The notes below the pieces were generated by a model, which was given only the letters and a program-made list of their open reading frames with translations, did not search any database and was not told the origin of the DNA. 64,000 bases of DNA from Polyangiales bacterium (GTDB taxonomy: Bacteria; Myxococcota_A; Polyangia; Polyangiales; Ga0077539). Position 1 is the stretch's first letter, and every line of letters starts with the position of its first letter. Shown here piece after piece: positions 9,130 to 19,806 of the stretch. Both the position numbers and the translations under genes were made by a program. Where the stretch lies: assembly GCA_044229975.1 (NCBI GenBank), contig JBGARZ010000010.1, positions 256,001 through 320,000 of the forward strand, given 5' to 3'.

Positions 9130-10086
9130 ATGCCGCCCCGAGGGAAGCTCGACACGCTTCGTCGCACGGTCGGCGCCGTGGTGGTCGATGGGTTCTTCCG
9201 CGGGGCCTCGCGCGCCGGGTCGTGGCACCCGAAGGCCGATCCGCGCGCCCACGGCGTCGAGCGCATCCGCGACCTCGCCTACCTCGACGACGGCACGCCC
9301 CAGCACCGCCTCGACGTGTACCGCCCGCCGGGCGACGGGCCGCACCCCGTGATGCTCTACCTCCACGGCGGTGGCTTCCGCATCCTCTCCAAGGACACCC
9401 ACTGGATCATGGCGCTCGCCTTCGCGCGTCGCGGCTGGTTGGTGTTCAACGCGTCGTACCGCCTCGCGCCGACGCATCCGTTTCCGTCGGGCCTCGAAGA
9501 CTGCGCCGCGGCCTACGAGTGGGTGCTCGCCAACGCCGCGCGCTTCGGCGGTGACCCGTCGCGCGTGGTGCTCGCGGGCGAGTCGGCGGGCGCCAACCTG
9601 GCCACGTCGCTCGCGGTCGCGGCCTGCTACGAGCGCCCCGAGGCGTACGCGAAGCGGGTGTTTGCGACGGGTGTGGTGCCGCGCGCGGTGATCGCGTCGT
9701 GCGGCATCTTCCAGGTGTCTGCGACCGATCGCTATCGCCTGGCGGGCAAGCTGCCGTGGTGGATCACCGACCGCATCGAGGAGGTCACCGACGCGTACCT
9801 CGGTGGCAGCACCGCGGGCTCGCTTGACCTCGCCGACCCGCTGTGCGTCTTCGAGCGGGGAGAGCGTCCCGCGCGGCCGCTGCCGTCGTTCTTCCTACCG
9901 GTGGGGACGGCTGATCCGCTCATCGACGACACCCGTCGCATGGCGCGCGCCCTCGACGCGATGGGTGTCACCGCCGAGGCCCGCTACTACCCGGGCGGCA
10001 TCCACGCCTTCCATGCGTTCGTGTGGCGCCCGCAGGCGCAGCGCTGCTGGCAGGACACCTACGCCTTCCTCGACCGCCACGGCTGA
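9130..10086 (+). CDS. alpha/beta hydrolase, hormone-sensitive-lipase-like esterase
   Basis: HGGGF oxyanion motif, YRLAP, GESAG nucleophile, DPL acid, HAFH catalytic His. Confidence 0.92.
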   Translation: MPPRGKLDTLRRTVGAVVVDGFFRGASRAGSWHPKADPRAHGVERIRDLAYLDDGTPQHRLDVYRPPGDGPHPVMLYLHGGGFRILSKDTHWIMALAFARRGWLVFNASYRLAPTHPFPSGLEDCAAAYEWVLANAARFGGDPSRVVLAGESAGANLATSLAVAACYERPEAYAKRVFATGVVPRAVIASCGIFQVSATDRYRLAGKLPWWITDRIEEVTDAYLGGSTAGSLDLADPLCVFERGERPARPLPSFFLPVGTADPLIDDTRRMARALDAMGVTAEARYYPGGIHAFHAFVWRPQAQRCWQDTYAFLDRHG

Positions 10087-10387
10087 CGGCACCGCCATCG
10101 CGTCGAGCAGCAGCCGCGTGAGCGCGTCGAAGCGGGCCCGGTCGGCGCCGCGCAGCCGATCGGCGCGCAGCAGGCGGGCGAGGGATTTGTGCTCGGCGAC
10201 CCACGCGAGCCACTCCGCCTGGCGCTCATCAATGGGCATGTGGACATCCGTTCAGTATCGCGGTCGGGCGTCGGGTGTCCAGAACCACGCCCATCGACGA
10301 GCGCTGCCCACGACATGGCGCGAGCGGTACCCTGCGCCGCGATGAGGCTCCCGAACCCCCTGACGGGGTTCGCGTCGAGCGCCCGCG

Positions 10388-11764
10388 ATGCACGAACCCG
10401 TCGTCACCAGCACGCTCCCTCCCTTCGACGCCGCCGAGCGCGTCGACCTCGTCTTCGTCATCGACGGTGAGACCACCACGCGACCGCTACCCCCCGCGGG
10501 CCGGGTGATGATCGGGCGCACCGTCGCGGCCGACGGCATCGCGGTGCCCCACACCTCGCTCTCGCGCGAACACGCCGCGCTCTCCGTCCCCGACCTCTCC
10601 CTCGAAGACCTCGGGAGCACCAACGGAACCTTCCTCCACCACACGCTCCCCGACGGCACCCGCGCGGAGACCCGGCTGGTCCCCGGGTGTCCGGTCGCCC
10701 TCGGTCCGGGCGCTACGGTGCGCCTCGGCGCCGTGACCATGGTGCTCGTCCCGACCTTCGTCCGCGAGCGATCCGCTGCGCCCGCGGAGGTCGCCGACCC
10801 GGAGCCCGCCCCGCTCGACCCGCGCATGCGCGAGGTGCACGCCCTCATCGAGCGCGTCGCGCCCGCGGACATCCCCGTGCTCCTGCTCGGTGAGACCGGC
10901 GTCGGCAAGGAGGTGCTCGCCGAGCGCATCCACGCGGCCTCGCCCCGCCACCGCCGCCCGATGCTGCGCCTCAACTGCGCCGCGCTCTCCGAGCAGCTCG
11001 TCGAGAGCGAGCTCTTCGGCCATGAGAAGGGCGCGTTCACCGGCGCCGTCACCGCGAAGCCCGGACTGCTCGAAGGCGCCGCCGGGGGAACCGTGCTCCT
11101 CGACGAGATCGGCGACCTGCGCCTGGAGTCACAGGCCAAGCTCCTGCGGGTCATCGAGGAGGGCAAGGCGCTGCGCGTGGGAGGCGTCACGGCCCGCCCG
11201 GTGGACGTCCGCTTCCTCGCCGCGACCCACCGCGACCTCGAGCGCGCCGTCGCCGCCGGGACCTTCCGGCAGGACCTCTACTACCGCCTCGCCGGCGTCG
11301 TGCTGCGCGTCCCGCCCCTGCGCGAGCGACCCGCCGAACTCCTGCCCCTCGCGATGGGCTTCATCCGCGCCGCCTGCGCGCGCTACCGCCGACCCGACAC
11401 GCTCTCCCTCGCTCGCGATGCCGAAGCCTTCCTCGCCGCCCACCCGTGGCCCGGCAACATCCGCGAGCTGCGGCACTGCATCGACCGCGCGGTGCTCCTC
11501 TGCGACGGGCCCACGCTCGGCCGCGCGCACCTCGACCCCGCGTCGGAGCCCGCGGATGGCCTCCGCCCGACGCCCGTCGCGGCGCCCGAAGTAGCGCCCG
11601 CGCGCGACGGCGGGCTGACCCGCGCGGCCATCGAAGAGTCCCTCACCCGCAACGCCGGCAACCAGACCCGCGCGGCCAAGGCGCTCGGCGTGTCGCGCCG
11701 CACGCTCGTCACCTGGATCGAGCGCTACGGCATCAGCCGCCCCCGCGCGCCCCGCGGCACCTGA
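10388..11764 (+). CDS. FHA-domain sigma-54-dependent transcriptional activator
   Basis: FHA motifs IGR, SREHA, DLGSTNGT; Walker A GETGVGKE; ESELFGHEKGAFTGA; LLDEIGD; WPGNIREL; C-terminal Fis HTH NQTRAAKALGVSRRTL. Confidence 0.95.
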   Translation: MHEPVVTSTLPPFDAAERVDLVFVIDGETTTRPLPPAGRVMIGRTVAADGIAVPHTSLSREHAALSVPDLSLEDLGSTNGTFLHHTLPDGTRAETRLVPGCPVALGPGATVRLGAVTMVLVPTFVRERSAAPAEVADPEPAPLDPRMREVHALIERVAPADIPVLLLGETGVGKEVLAERIHAASPRHRRPMLRLNCAALSEQLVESELFGHEKGAFTGAVTAKPGLLEGAAGGTVLLDEIGDLRLESQAKLLRVIEEGKALRVGGVTARPVDVRFLAATHRDLERAVAAGTFRQDLYYRLAGVVLRVPPLRERPAELLPLAMGFIRAACARYRRPDTLSLARDAEAFLAAHPWPGNIRELRHCIDRAVLLCDGPTLGRAHLDPASEPADGLRPTPVAAPEVAPARDGGLTRAAIEESLTRNAGNQTRAAKALGVSRRTLVTWIERYGISRPRAPRGT

Positions 11765-11771
11765 CGCGCCG

Positions 11772-13160
11772 TCACCGCCGCCAGCGCAGGAGGTGAACGC
11801 GCGACTGCGTGATCACCAGAGCCTCCTGGTGGCCATCGCCGTCGACGTCCTCGGCGAGCAGCCGGGAGATCATGTCGGGGTGCGCCTCGGCCTCGGTCCA
11901 TGACCCCTCGCGGTCGATGTGGGGCGCGTCGAAGGAGTAGAGGTCGCAGCGCACCCGGTGGTCGGCCAGCGGGTCGAGCGCGCGCGCACACTGGAGCGCC
12001 TCGGGTCGGCCGTCGCCCAGCGCGTCGAGGGCCGTCACCATGTGCTGCGCGCCGCGCGGGAAGGCCGGGTGCGGCGCCTCGGCGTAGTAGCGAAACGTCG
12101 CGCCCACGGGTCGCAGCCAGCGCAGCGACGTGTCGGGGCCGAAGCCTCCGTTGCACCGGGGGGTCGTGGCCGCGAGGTAGTCGAGCACGCCGTCTCCGTC
12201 GAGGTCGGCGAGCGCGCCGTGCGAGGGCTGCCCGATGGACGCGAGCGGCGTGAGGGCCTGGTCCCAGCTCGCGTCGACGCCGAAGAGACCGCCGCCGTTG
12301 CACCCGAGGTCGACGACGAGCTCGTCGGCCGGGTCGCCGTCGATGGACGCGACGAAGAGGTCGTTGGCGTCGAGCGCGTCGAAGAACTCGCGGTTGTACA
12401 CCGCGCGCGGGCACCGCCGCTCGCCCGCGCACCCGCCGGGCGAGAACTCCCAGGCGCGCACGAAGGCGTTCTGCGTGCGGCCCTCGGTGGTGACCGTGCC
12501 CGCCACGGCGAGCTCGCGCGACCCGTCGCCGTCGAGGTCGAGCGTCGCCAGGACGTGACCCACCCCGCGCACGTGGCGGTCTTCCGCGAGGGCCCACGAC
12601 GTCGGCCAGCGCCAGCGCCAGCGCGCGCCCCGCTCGTCGGCGGGCTCGACGTGCCCGGCCGTCACGCTGTCGAGCGCGCGCCCCTCGTAGCGCTCGTCGA
12701 GGCGCGCCGCGAAGCGCACGCTATGGGCGAGGGCGAGCTCCGGAGCGCCGTCGCCGTCGAGGTCGGCAATCGTGCAGGAGCGCGCGTACGGCGGCACGTC
12801 GAGGGTCGTGCGGAGGCACAGCGTTCGCGGGTCGTACACCTCCGCGAAGGCGTCGGCGCGCAGCACCACGAGCTCGGGGGCGCCGTCGCGGTCGAGGTCG
12901 CCGAGGCACGCCCCGCGGCCAACGTCCGCCGTCGTCGGGCGCAGCAGGGTGCGGGTCGATCGCAGCGGACCCGCCGGGTCGCCATCGATCGCTTCGGGGC
13001 CCGGTTCGGTGCAGGCGGGCAGCCGCGGCGGGGCGATGTCCACCGGGGCGTCCACCGCGGCGTCGCGGGCGTCGTCGGGCGGCGCGCGCAACGTCCACCG
13101 GCACGCGCCCACCGTCAGCGCCGTGAAGACCAAGGCCAGGCGTGGTGAGCCCATGGTCAT
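11772..13160 (-). CDS. FG-GAP/VCBS repeat lipoprotein
   Basis: Lipobox VGAC; repeated DLDGDG Ca-binding motifs; ATG overlaps the upstream stop (ATGA at 13157-13160). Confidence 0.8.
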   Translation of the reverse strand: MTMGSPRLALVFTALTVGACRWTLRAPPDDARDAAVDAPVDIAPPRLPACTEPGPEAIDGDPAGPLRSTRTLLRPTTADVGRGACLGDLDRDGAPELVVLRADAFAEVYDPRTLCLRTTLDVPPYARSCTIADLDGDGAPELALAHSVRFAARLDERYEGRALDSVTAGHVEPADERGARWRWRWPTSWALAEDRHVRGVGHVLATLDLDGDGSRELAVAGTVTTEGRTQNAFVRAWEFSPGGCAGERRCPRAVYNREFFDALDANDLFVASIDGDPADELVVDLGCNGGGLFGVDASWDQALTPLASIGQPSHGALADLDGDGVLDYLAATTPRCNGGFGPDTSLRWLRPVGATFRYYAEAPHPAFPRGAQHMVTALDALGDGRPEALQCARALDPLADHRVRCDLYSFDAPHIDREGSWTEAEAHPDMISRLLAEDVDGDGHQEALVITQSRVHLLRWRR

Positions 13161-14575
13161 CGCCGTGGTCCGCGCAGGACGTCCACGTGCTCCTGCCCTT
13201 GGATGAACACCTCGCGCGCGCCGTCGCCGTCCAGGTCGTCGACGAGCACGCTCGACAGCACCGCCCGTCGCGCGGGCGAGGTCCACACGAAGGGAGCGCC
13301 CGCCGAGGGGACGGGTTCGAGCGTCGCGGGTGTGCCCTCGCGCAGCGCGAAGAGGCGGCACGTGCGCGGCGGCGCGGCGACGGCCATCGGCGCGGTGCAC
13401 AGCAGCACCTCCTGTGCAGCAGAGCCCACGACGTCGATGCCCACGGCGAAGGTCGACTCGCGGGTGGCGTTGGTGGTCACCCGCGAAGCGACCAGGGCCA
13501 GCGCCCCGCTGAGCGGGTCGTAGCGGCGCACCTGGAGCGCGCTCGTGGGCATCGGCCCCTGCGCCCCACACGGGACACGCTCCGCCACGACCACCTCCAA
13601 CGGCGCGACCCCGTCGAGGTCGGCCAGGGCGGCCATCGCGGGCCCGGCGAGCTCCGTGTCCACCGAGCGCGTCGTCGCCCAGTCATCGAAGACCCGCAGC
13701 AGGTGACGCCCCGCCCGCGTACACCCGCCGACCACCACGACCTCGGCCGCGCCGTCGCCGTCGACGTCGCCCGTCAGCAATCCGTTGGTGTCGTCGAGGG
13801 TCGCGGCGAGGTCCTGCGCGAAGTGCGGCGCCCAGCTCGCGGCGTCTCGCTCCCACACCCGCACAAAGGCCGTCGGGTAGTTGCCGCTCACCGCGAGCTC
13901 GACGCGACCGTCGCCGTCGAGGTCGGCCACCGCGGCGTGCGGCGCCCCGATGGGCGACACCGACCGTCGCTCGTCGAAGGCCGCGAGCTCGCGCCAGACG
14001 TAGCGCTCGGCCGTCCAGTCCGCGGCGGTGGCGCGCTCGACGCGGCCGACGGTCACGCGGCTCTCGGCGGTCCAGCCGACGTTGCTCAGCACCACCAGCT
14101 CGTCGCCCGGCAGCCCGTCGACGTCTGCCACCACGCAGTCCCGCGCGTGTTCGGGCAGCAGCACACGCCCGCGCGAGCAGAGGTCAGGCCCGATCAGCTC
14201 GGAGGGCTCCGCCATCCGCGGCAGCACGTACTCCCGTCGCCCGTCGCCGTCGACGTCGCCGACGCAGCCGCTGCCTCCGTTGGAGAGCCCGCCGGACTCG
14301 CGCGGAATCGACCCGACATGCGCCAGCAGACCGGGCTCGCCCGGCACCCCGTAGCACCGCGGCGGGGTTGACCCGTCCGGGCGCACGCGCACCACGTCAC
14401 GGCCGACGTCATCGGGGCCGCTCACCTCGGGCGCGTCGGGCGCCACGTCGAGGGACACATCCGTCGTCGCCGTGCTCGCGTCGGGCGCGCGTGGTGCCTC
14501 GGCGCACGCGGCGACCACGACGGCGATGAGGCCTGACCCTCGATGGCTCCCTCGTGATGCGCGGCGGGTCGTCAT
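13157..14575 (-). CDS. FG-GAP/VCBS repeat lipoprotein, paralog of the downstream gene
   Basis: Lipobox VAAC; DVDGDG/DLDGDG repeats; same layout as 11772-13160 (GxxCxGD, xxCxRxx, AFVRxWE, LDxNxL). Confidence 0.8.
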   Translation of the reverse strand: MTTRRASRGSHRGSGLIAVVVAACAEAPRAPDASTATTDVSLDVAPDAPEVSGPDDVGRDVVRVRPDGSTPPRCYGVPGEPGLLAHVGSIPRESGGLSNGGSGCVGDVDGDGRREYVLPRMAEPSELIGPDLCSRGRVLLPEHARDCVVADVDGLPGDELVVLSNVGWTAESRVTVGRVERATAADWTAERYVWRELAAFDERRSVSPIGAPHAAVADLDGDGRVELAVSGNYPTAFVRVWERDAASWAPHFAQDLAATLDDTNGLLTGDVDGDGAAEVVVVGGCTRAGRHLLRVFDDWATTRSVDTELAGPAMAALADLDGVAPLEVVVAERVPCGAQGPMPTSALQVRRYDPLSGALALVASRVTTNATRESTFAVGIDVVGSAAQEVLLCTAPMAVAAPPRTCRLFALREGTPATLEPVPSAGAPFVWTSPARRAVLSSVLVDDLDGDGAREVFIQGQEHVDVLRGPRR

Positions 14576-14604
14576 CGCGGGGCCGTGCCGATGATACTCC
14601 GCGA

Positions 14605-15861
14605 TCACTGGAGGACGAAGTGTCGACCGCGACGTTCGAAGGCGAGCGCGTCGCCGGCGAGCAGCGCCGTGAGCGCGTCGGTCTGCACCTCGCCCCCCGC
14701 CCCGCCGCCGAGCGCGAGGGCCCGATCCAACGCCGGGCCGCGCGGCCACGCAGCCCGCGCCTCGCCGTCGCCGACCGCCACCGACCAGCGCTGCGACGGG
14801 AGGCTCCGCGCCAGCGACGCCGCGCACTGCAACGCGCGCACGGCCGCGTCGGCGTCCATCCGCGCGGCGGCCATCCACACCACGGTCGAGCCGTCGGCCA
14901 GCGTGCGGGCCCTCGCACCGCGCGGGAGCCGCGCCCCATCGACGCCGTGCGCCCCGTCGAGCTCGATGAGCTTCGGGGTCTCACCCTCCACACCGATCTC
15001 GCGGCACGGATGACCGACGATCACGGCGAGGAAGCCCGGCGCCTCGCCCGCTCCGAGGTCGAGCGCGGTGAGGAGGTCGCGCACCACCACGGCCGACGCG
15101 GGTCGATCCATCTCCCGCGGCGCGAGCATCGACCGCAGCAGCGCCGCGAGCTGCGCGTCGATGGCGCCGAGCTCGGGCGGTGCTCCCGCGAGCGTGCGCG
15201 CAAGAACGCCGGGCGTATCGGGCGCCGCGAAGGGCGCCGCGCCGGTGGCGCACTCGCAGAGGACACAGCCGAGGGAGAAGACGTCCCATCGCGGGTGCGC
15301 AGTCGGAGGCGCCGCGCGCAGTTGCTCCGGGGGGAGGTAGCCGGGCGTTCCGACGACGCCGCCCGCGGTGATGGCGCGGCGGTCACCGTCGCTCACGGTG
15401 AGGCCCAGGTCGACGAGGGCGACGCGCTCCACGCCGCGCTCACGGTCGAGGAGGATGTGCTCGGGCTTCAGGTCGCGGTGGACGAGGCCCGCGCCGTGGA
15501 GGGCCGCCAGTGGCTCACACACGGCGAGGCCCAGGGCGCGCACGGCCGCGGCAGCCATGGGACCGCGCAGCGCCGTACGCAGCGCAACGCCTTCCAGCAG
15601 GGTCATCGCGACGTAGGGGCGCCCGTCAGCCTCGCCGCTCGCCACCAGCGACGGGAGCCCCGGGTGCGTGACCCGTTGCAACGTCGCCACCTCGCGCGCG
15701 AGTCGCCGCGGGTCGGCCGTCTCCGCGTCCCAGATCTTCACGGCGACCCACCGCTGGTCGAGCCGATCCCAGGCGCGCCACACCGCGCCGTGAGCCCCGT
15801 CGCCGAGAGGGTCTTCCAGCGCGAAGCGGCCCGCGAGGAGGGTGCGTGCGAGGCCGCCCAC
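14605..15861 (-). CDS. Ser/Thr protein kinase with a short C-terminal cyclase-like domain
   Basis: GTG start re-called; LGDGAHGAVW, VAVK, HRDLKPEHILL, VDLG, GTPGYLPPEQ, DVFSLG. Confidence 0.88.
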   Translation of the reverse strand: MGGLARTLLAGRFALEDPLGDGAHGAVWRAWDRLDQRWVAVKIWDAETADPRRLAREVATLQRVTHPGLPSLVASGEADGRPYVAMTLLEGVALRTALRGPMAAAAVRALGLAVCEPLAALHGAGLVHRDLKPEHILLDRERGVERVALVDLGLTVSDGDRRAITAGGVVGTPGYLPPEQLRAAPPTAHPRWDVFSLGCVLCECATGAAPFAAPDTPGVLARTLAGAPPELGAIDAQLAALLRSMLAPREMDRPASAVVVRDLLTALDLGAGEAPGFLAVIVGHPCREIGVEGETPKLIELDGAHGVDGARLPRGARARTLADGSTVVWMAAARMDADAAVRALQCAASLARSLPSQRWSVAVGDGEARAAWPRGPALDRALALGGGAGGEVQTDALTALLAGDALAFERRGRHFVLQ

Positions 15862-15862
15862 G

Positions 15863-17182
<1,320 letters not shown>

Positions 17183-17255
17183 CGGCGGGGTGTAGCTCTC
17201 TCCGACGGAGAGGTTGCTCGTCCGCGGCCCGCGCGCGCAAGTGTGATGGCCGCAT

Positions 17256-17473
17256 TGAGGTTCGGAGTAGGCGGCATGGGCGGGCAGAAGCCGCAAGGGC
17301 GCGAGGGTCGCAAGGGTCGGAAATTCAGGAGCAGCAGAGACGAGCGCAATGCGCGCAAGGGCGTCGCCCTGAACGACTGCTGGCCTATCCATCGGCCCTC
17401 CTGAAACTCCGACCCTTGCGACCCTCGCGCCCTTGCGGCTTCTGCCCGCCCATGCCGCCTACTCCGAACGTCA
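17256..17473. repeat. long intergenic inverted repeat (76-bp arms, 66-bp spacer); REP/MITE-like
   Basis: 17256-17331 is the reverse complement of 17398-17473 at 73/76 positions; internal CGCAAGGG-like sub-repeats. Confidence 0.9.
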
Positions 17474-17578
17474 GGCTGCGCAATCCGAGCAGCCGCCGAC
17501 CTGCGCGAGTTGTGAACTCCCTGCGCTGTCTGCGCAGCGGTGATGGAGTTCGGGCTATGGTGCTCGTCGCCCGCCGCG

Positions 17579-18571
17579 ATGAAGCCCGCCCACGCCGCCC
17601 TGCTGATCGCCGCGTCTGCGCTCGCTCCGCGTGCCGCGCTTGCCCAGGAGAGCGCACCACCGAGCGTCGCCGTGGAGGACGAGGAGTCGCTGCTGCGTGA
17701 GGGCGTCGAGCTGAGGCGGCAGGGGCGCGACGAGGCCGCGGTGGCGGTGCTCCGCCGGGCCTACGCGCTGCGGGCCTCGGCGCGAGCGAGCGGGCAGCTC
17801 GGGCTCGCGGAGCAGTCCATCGGGCGGTGGGCGCGGGCCGAGGCGCTGCTGCGGTCTGCCCTCGCCGCGGTCGACGACCCGTGGGTCACGCTCCGGCGCG
17901 CGACGCTCGAAGGCGCCCTCGCCGTGGCCGAGCAGCACCTCGCGACCGTCGAGGTCGTCGGTGGGAGTCCGGGCGCCGAGCTCTGGGTCGACGGCGAGCG
18001 GGCCGGCGCGCTGCCGGGCGATCGGGTGCTGCGCGTGGCTGCTGGCACTGTTCGCGTGGAGCATCGCGCGCCGGGTGGGGTCGTCACCGCGCGCGTTCTC
18101 GACGTCGTGCCGCGCGCGATCGAGCGCGTGTACTTCGCGGCCGACGCGGCCCCCGAGCGCCCCGTCCCCGCGGCGGTCGCCCCCGTGGTGGTCGCCCCCG
18201 CGGTGGTGATCCCGACGAGCGCGCGACGGGTGCACGCGCTCACCTGGGCGGGCGCGGCGACCGCCGGCGCATCGGCCATCGCGCTGACCGCGGTCTGGGC
18301 CGTCGGTGAGGGCGTCGCGGGCGACTACGACGCAGCGTGCACCGCGGCGGCGCGGCCCGATCGCGCGCAGTGTGCGGTGCGCCTCGTCGACGATCAGCGG
18401 CGCCTCGATACGCTGGGCGCGGTGACCGACGCGGGGTGGGTGCTGCTCGGCGCGGGCCTCGCAGCGACGGCCGTCGGGCTGGTGCTATCGGCGACGTCGA
18501 CGCACGGACATCCCCCGCGCGTGACCCTCGCGCCGATGCCCGCGGGCGCGGTGCTCGTGGCCACGTTCTGA
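17579..18571 (+). CDS. TPR + PEGA domain protein with C-terminal hydrophobic segments
   Basis: Signal peptide ending ALA-Q; TPR-like helices (LREGVELRRQGRDEAA, GQLGLAEQSIGRW); PEGA-like PGAELWVDGERAGALP; terminal LVATF. Confidence 0.8.
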   Translation: MKPAHAALLIAASALAPRAALAQESAPPSVAVEDEESLLREGVELRRQGRDEAAVAVLRRAYALRASARASGQLGLAEQSIGRWARAEALLRSALAAVDDPWVTLRRATLEGALAVAEQHLATVEVVGGSPGAELWVDGERAGALPGDRVLRVAAGTVRVEHRAPGGVVTARVLDVVPRAIERVYFAADAAPERPVPAAVAPVVVAPAVVIPTSARRVHALTWAGAATAGASAIALTAVWAVGEGVAGDYDAACTAAARPDRAQCAVRLVDDQRRLDTLGAVTDAGWVLLGAGLAATAVGLVLSATSTHGHPPRVTLAPMPAGAVLVATF

Positions 18572-18584
18572 CGCACGGCCTCAC

Positions 18585-18600
18585 CGGCACAACCCGTGCT
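18585..18600 (+). promoter_or_regulatory. putative sigma-54 -24/-12 promoter for the LCCL gene
   Basis: CGGCACAACCCGTGCT fits GG-N10-GC (consensus TGGCACG-N4-TTGC), about 50 bp upstream of ATG 18652, which has a GAGGA RBS. Confidence 0.4.
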
Positions 18601-18651
18601 GAGCGTCGCACCCTCGGGCGCCGTCGCGCCCGCGACGGAGAAACGAGGACC

Positions 18652-19806
18652 ATGAAGCACAGCTACCTTCGGACCGGACATCTCGTGGCGTGGACCCTCG
18701 CGGCGATCACCGCGGGGTGCGAGCGCAACCAGCCGGCCCAGGCGCAGCCGACGCCACCGCCACCGCCGCCCGCCCCGGTGGCGCCCGCGGCGACGGTGAT
18801 CGGGTGGGACGCCAACGCCAACGCGCAGCGCGCGCAGATCGGCGCGACCTTCACCTACGCGTGCCCGCCCAACGGAACGCCGGGCACCGTGTGGGGCACC
18901 GACACGTACACCAGCGACTCGTCCATCTGCGGCGCCGCGGCGCACTCCGGGCGCATCACCCGCGCGGCGGGAGGCACGGTGCAGATCCAGATCGCGCCCG
19001 CGCTCCCGTCGTACGCGGGCACCGTGCGCGCGGGGGAGACCACGCGGCACTTCGGCAGCTACCCCGGGAGCTTCATCATCGTGGGCGGCGCGGCGCCCGG
19101 CCTCATCGCAGTGCCGGTGCCCCGCCTCAACGAAAACGGCATCAACATCGGCGGCGTGCAGATCGCCGTCGGCACCGGCGGGAGCGGGGCGTGGTCGACC
19201 AACGCCACGAGCCACCGCGGCCAGGCTGGTCAGAGCTTCACCCAGGAGTGCACGCCCGGCGGAACGCTCGGCAACGTCTGGGGCACCGACGTGTACACGG
19301 ACGACTCGTCGGTGTGCTCCGCGGCCGTGCACGCCGGGCGCATCACGCTCGCGCAGGGCGGCACGGTCACCGCCTTCGTCCACCCGGGCCGCGCGCGCTA
19401 CGTCGGCTCCGCGCGCAACGGCGTGACCTCCAGCAACTTCGCGACCTACCCGGGGAGCTTCGCGTTCAGCGCGGTGGTCGCGCCTGAGGTGGCCGCCCCG
19501 GCGGGCGTCACGGTGATCGGTTGGAGCGACAGCGCGACGCGGTTTCGCGCGCTCGCGGGGCAGCGGCAGGAGGTGTTCTGTCCGCCCGGTGGGACGGCCG
19601 CGACGGTGTGGGGTCGCGGGCCCTTCACCGACGACTCGAGCGTGTGCACCGCGGCGGTGTTCGCGGGGCGCATCACCCTGGAGCGCGGCGGCGTCGTGCG
19701 TCTCCGCCCGGGGCCGGGGCGCTCGCACTACGAGGGCGACACCCGCAACGGCATCACCACCCGCGACTACGCCGTCTTCCCCGGGTCCTTCGACATCGTG
19801 CGATGA
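18652..19806 (+). CDS. LCCL-domain lipoprotein (three LCCL repeats)
   Basis: Lipobox TAGC; three copies of C-P-x(5)-VWG-x-x-x-[YF]TxDSS[IV]CxAA-x-x-x-G-x-I. Confidence 0.88.
   Translation: MKHSYLRTGHLVAWTLAAITAGCERNQPAQAQPTPPPPPPAPVAPAATVIGWDANANAQRAQIGATFTYACPPNGTPGTVWGTDTYTSDSSICGAAAHSGRITRAAGGTVQIQIAPALPSYAGTVRAGETTRHFGSYPGSFIIVGGAAPGLIAVPVPRLNENGINIGGVQIAVGTGGSGAWSTNATSHRGQAGQSFTQECTPGGTLGNVWGTDVYTDDSSVCSAAVHAGRITLAQGGTVTAFVHPGRARYVGSARNGVTSSNFATYPGSFAFSAVVAPEVAAPAGVTVIGWSDSATRFRALAGQRQEVFCPPGGTAATVWGRGPFTDDSSVCTAAVFAGRITLERGGVVRLRPGPGRSHYEGDTRNGITTRDYAVFPGSFDIVR

Noticed and set aside
9895..10239. Possible small gene MPIDERQAEWLAW
   Set aside because: The first 50 codons look plausible, but it overlaps the esterase by about 190 bp with no motif; not supportable
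10352..10372. Hairpin CGAACCCC-N5-GGGGTTCG before the sigma-54 activator
   Set aside because: No U-tract or second copy; role cannot be assigned
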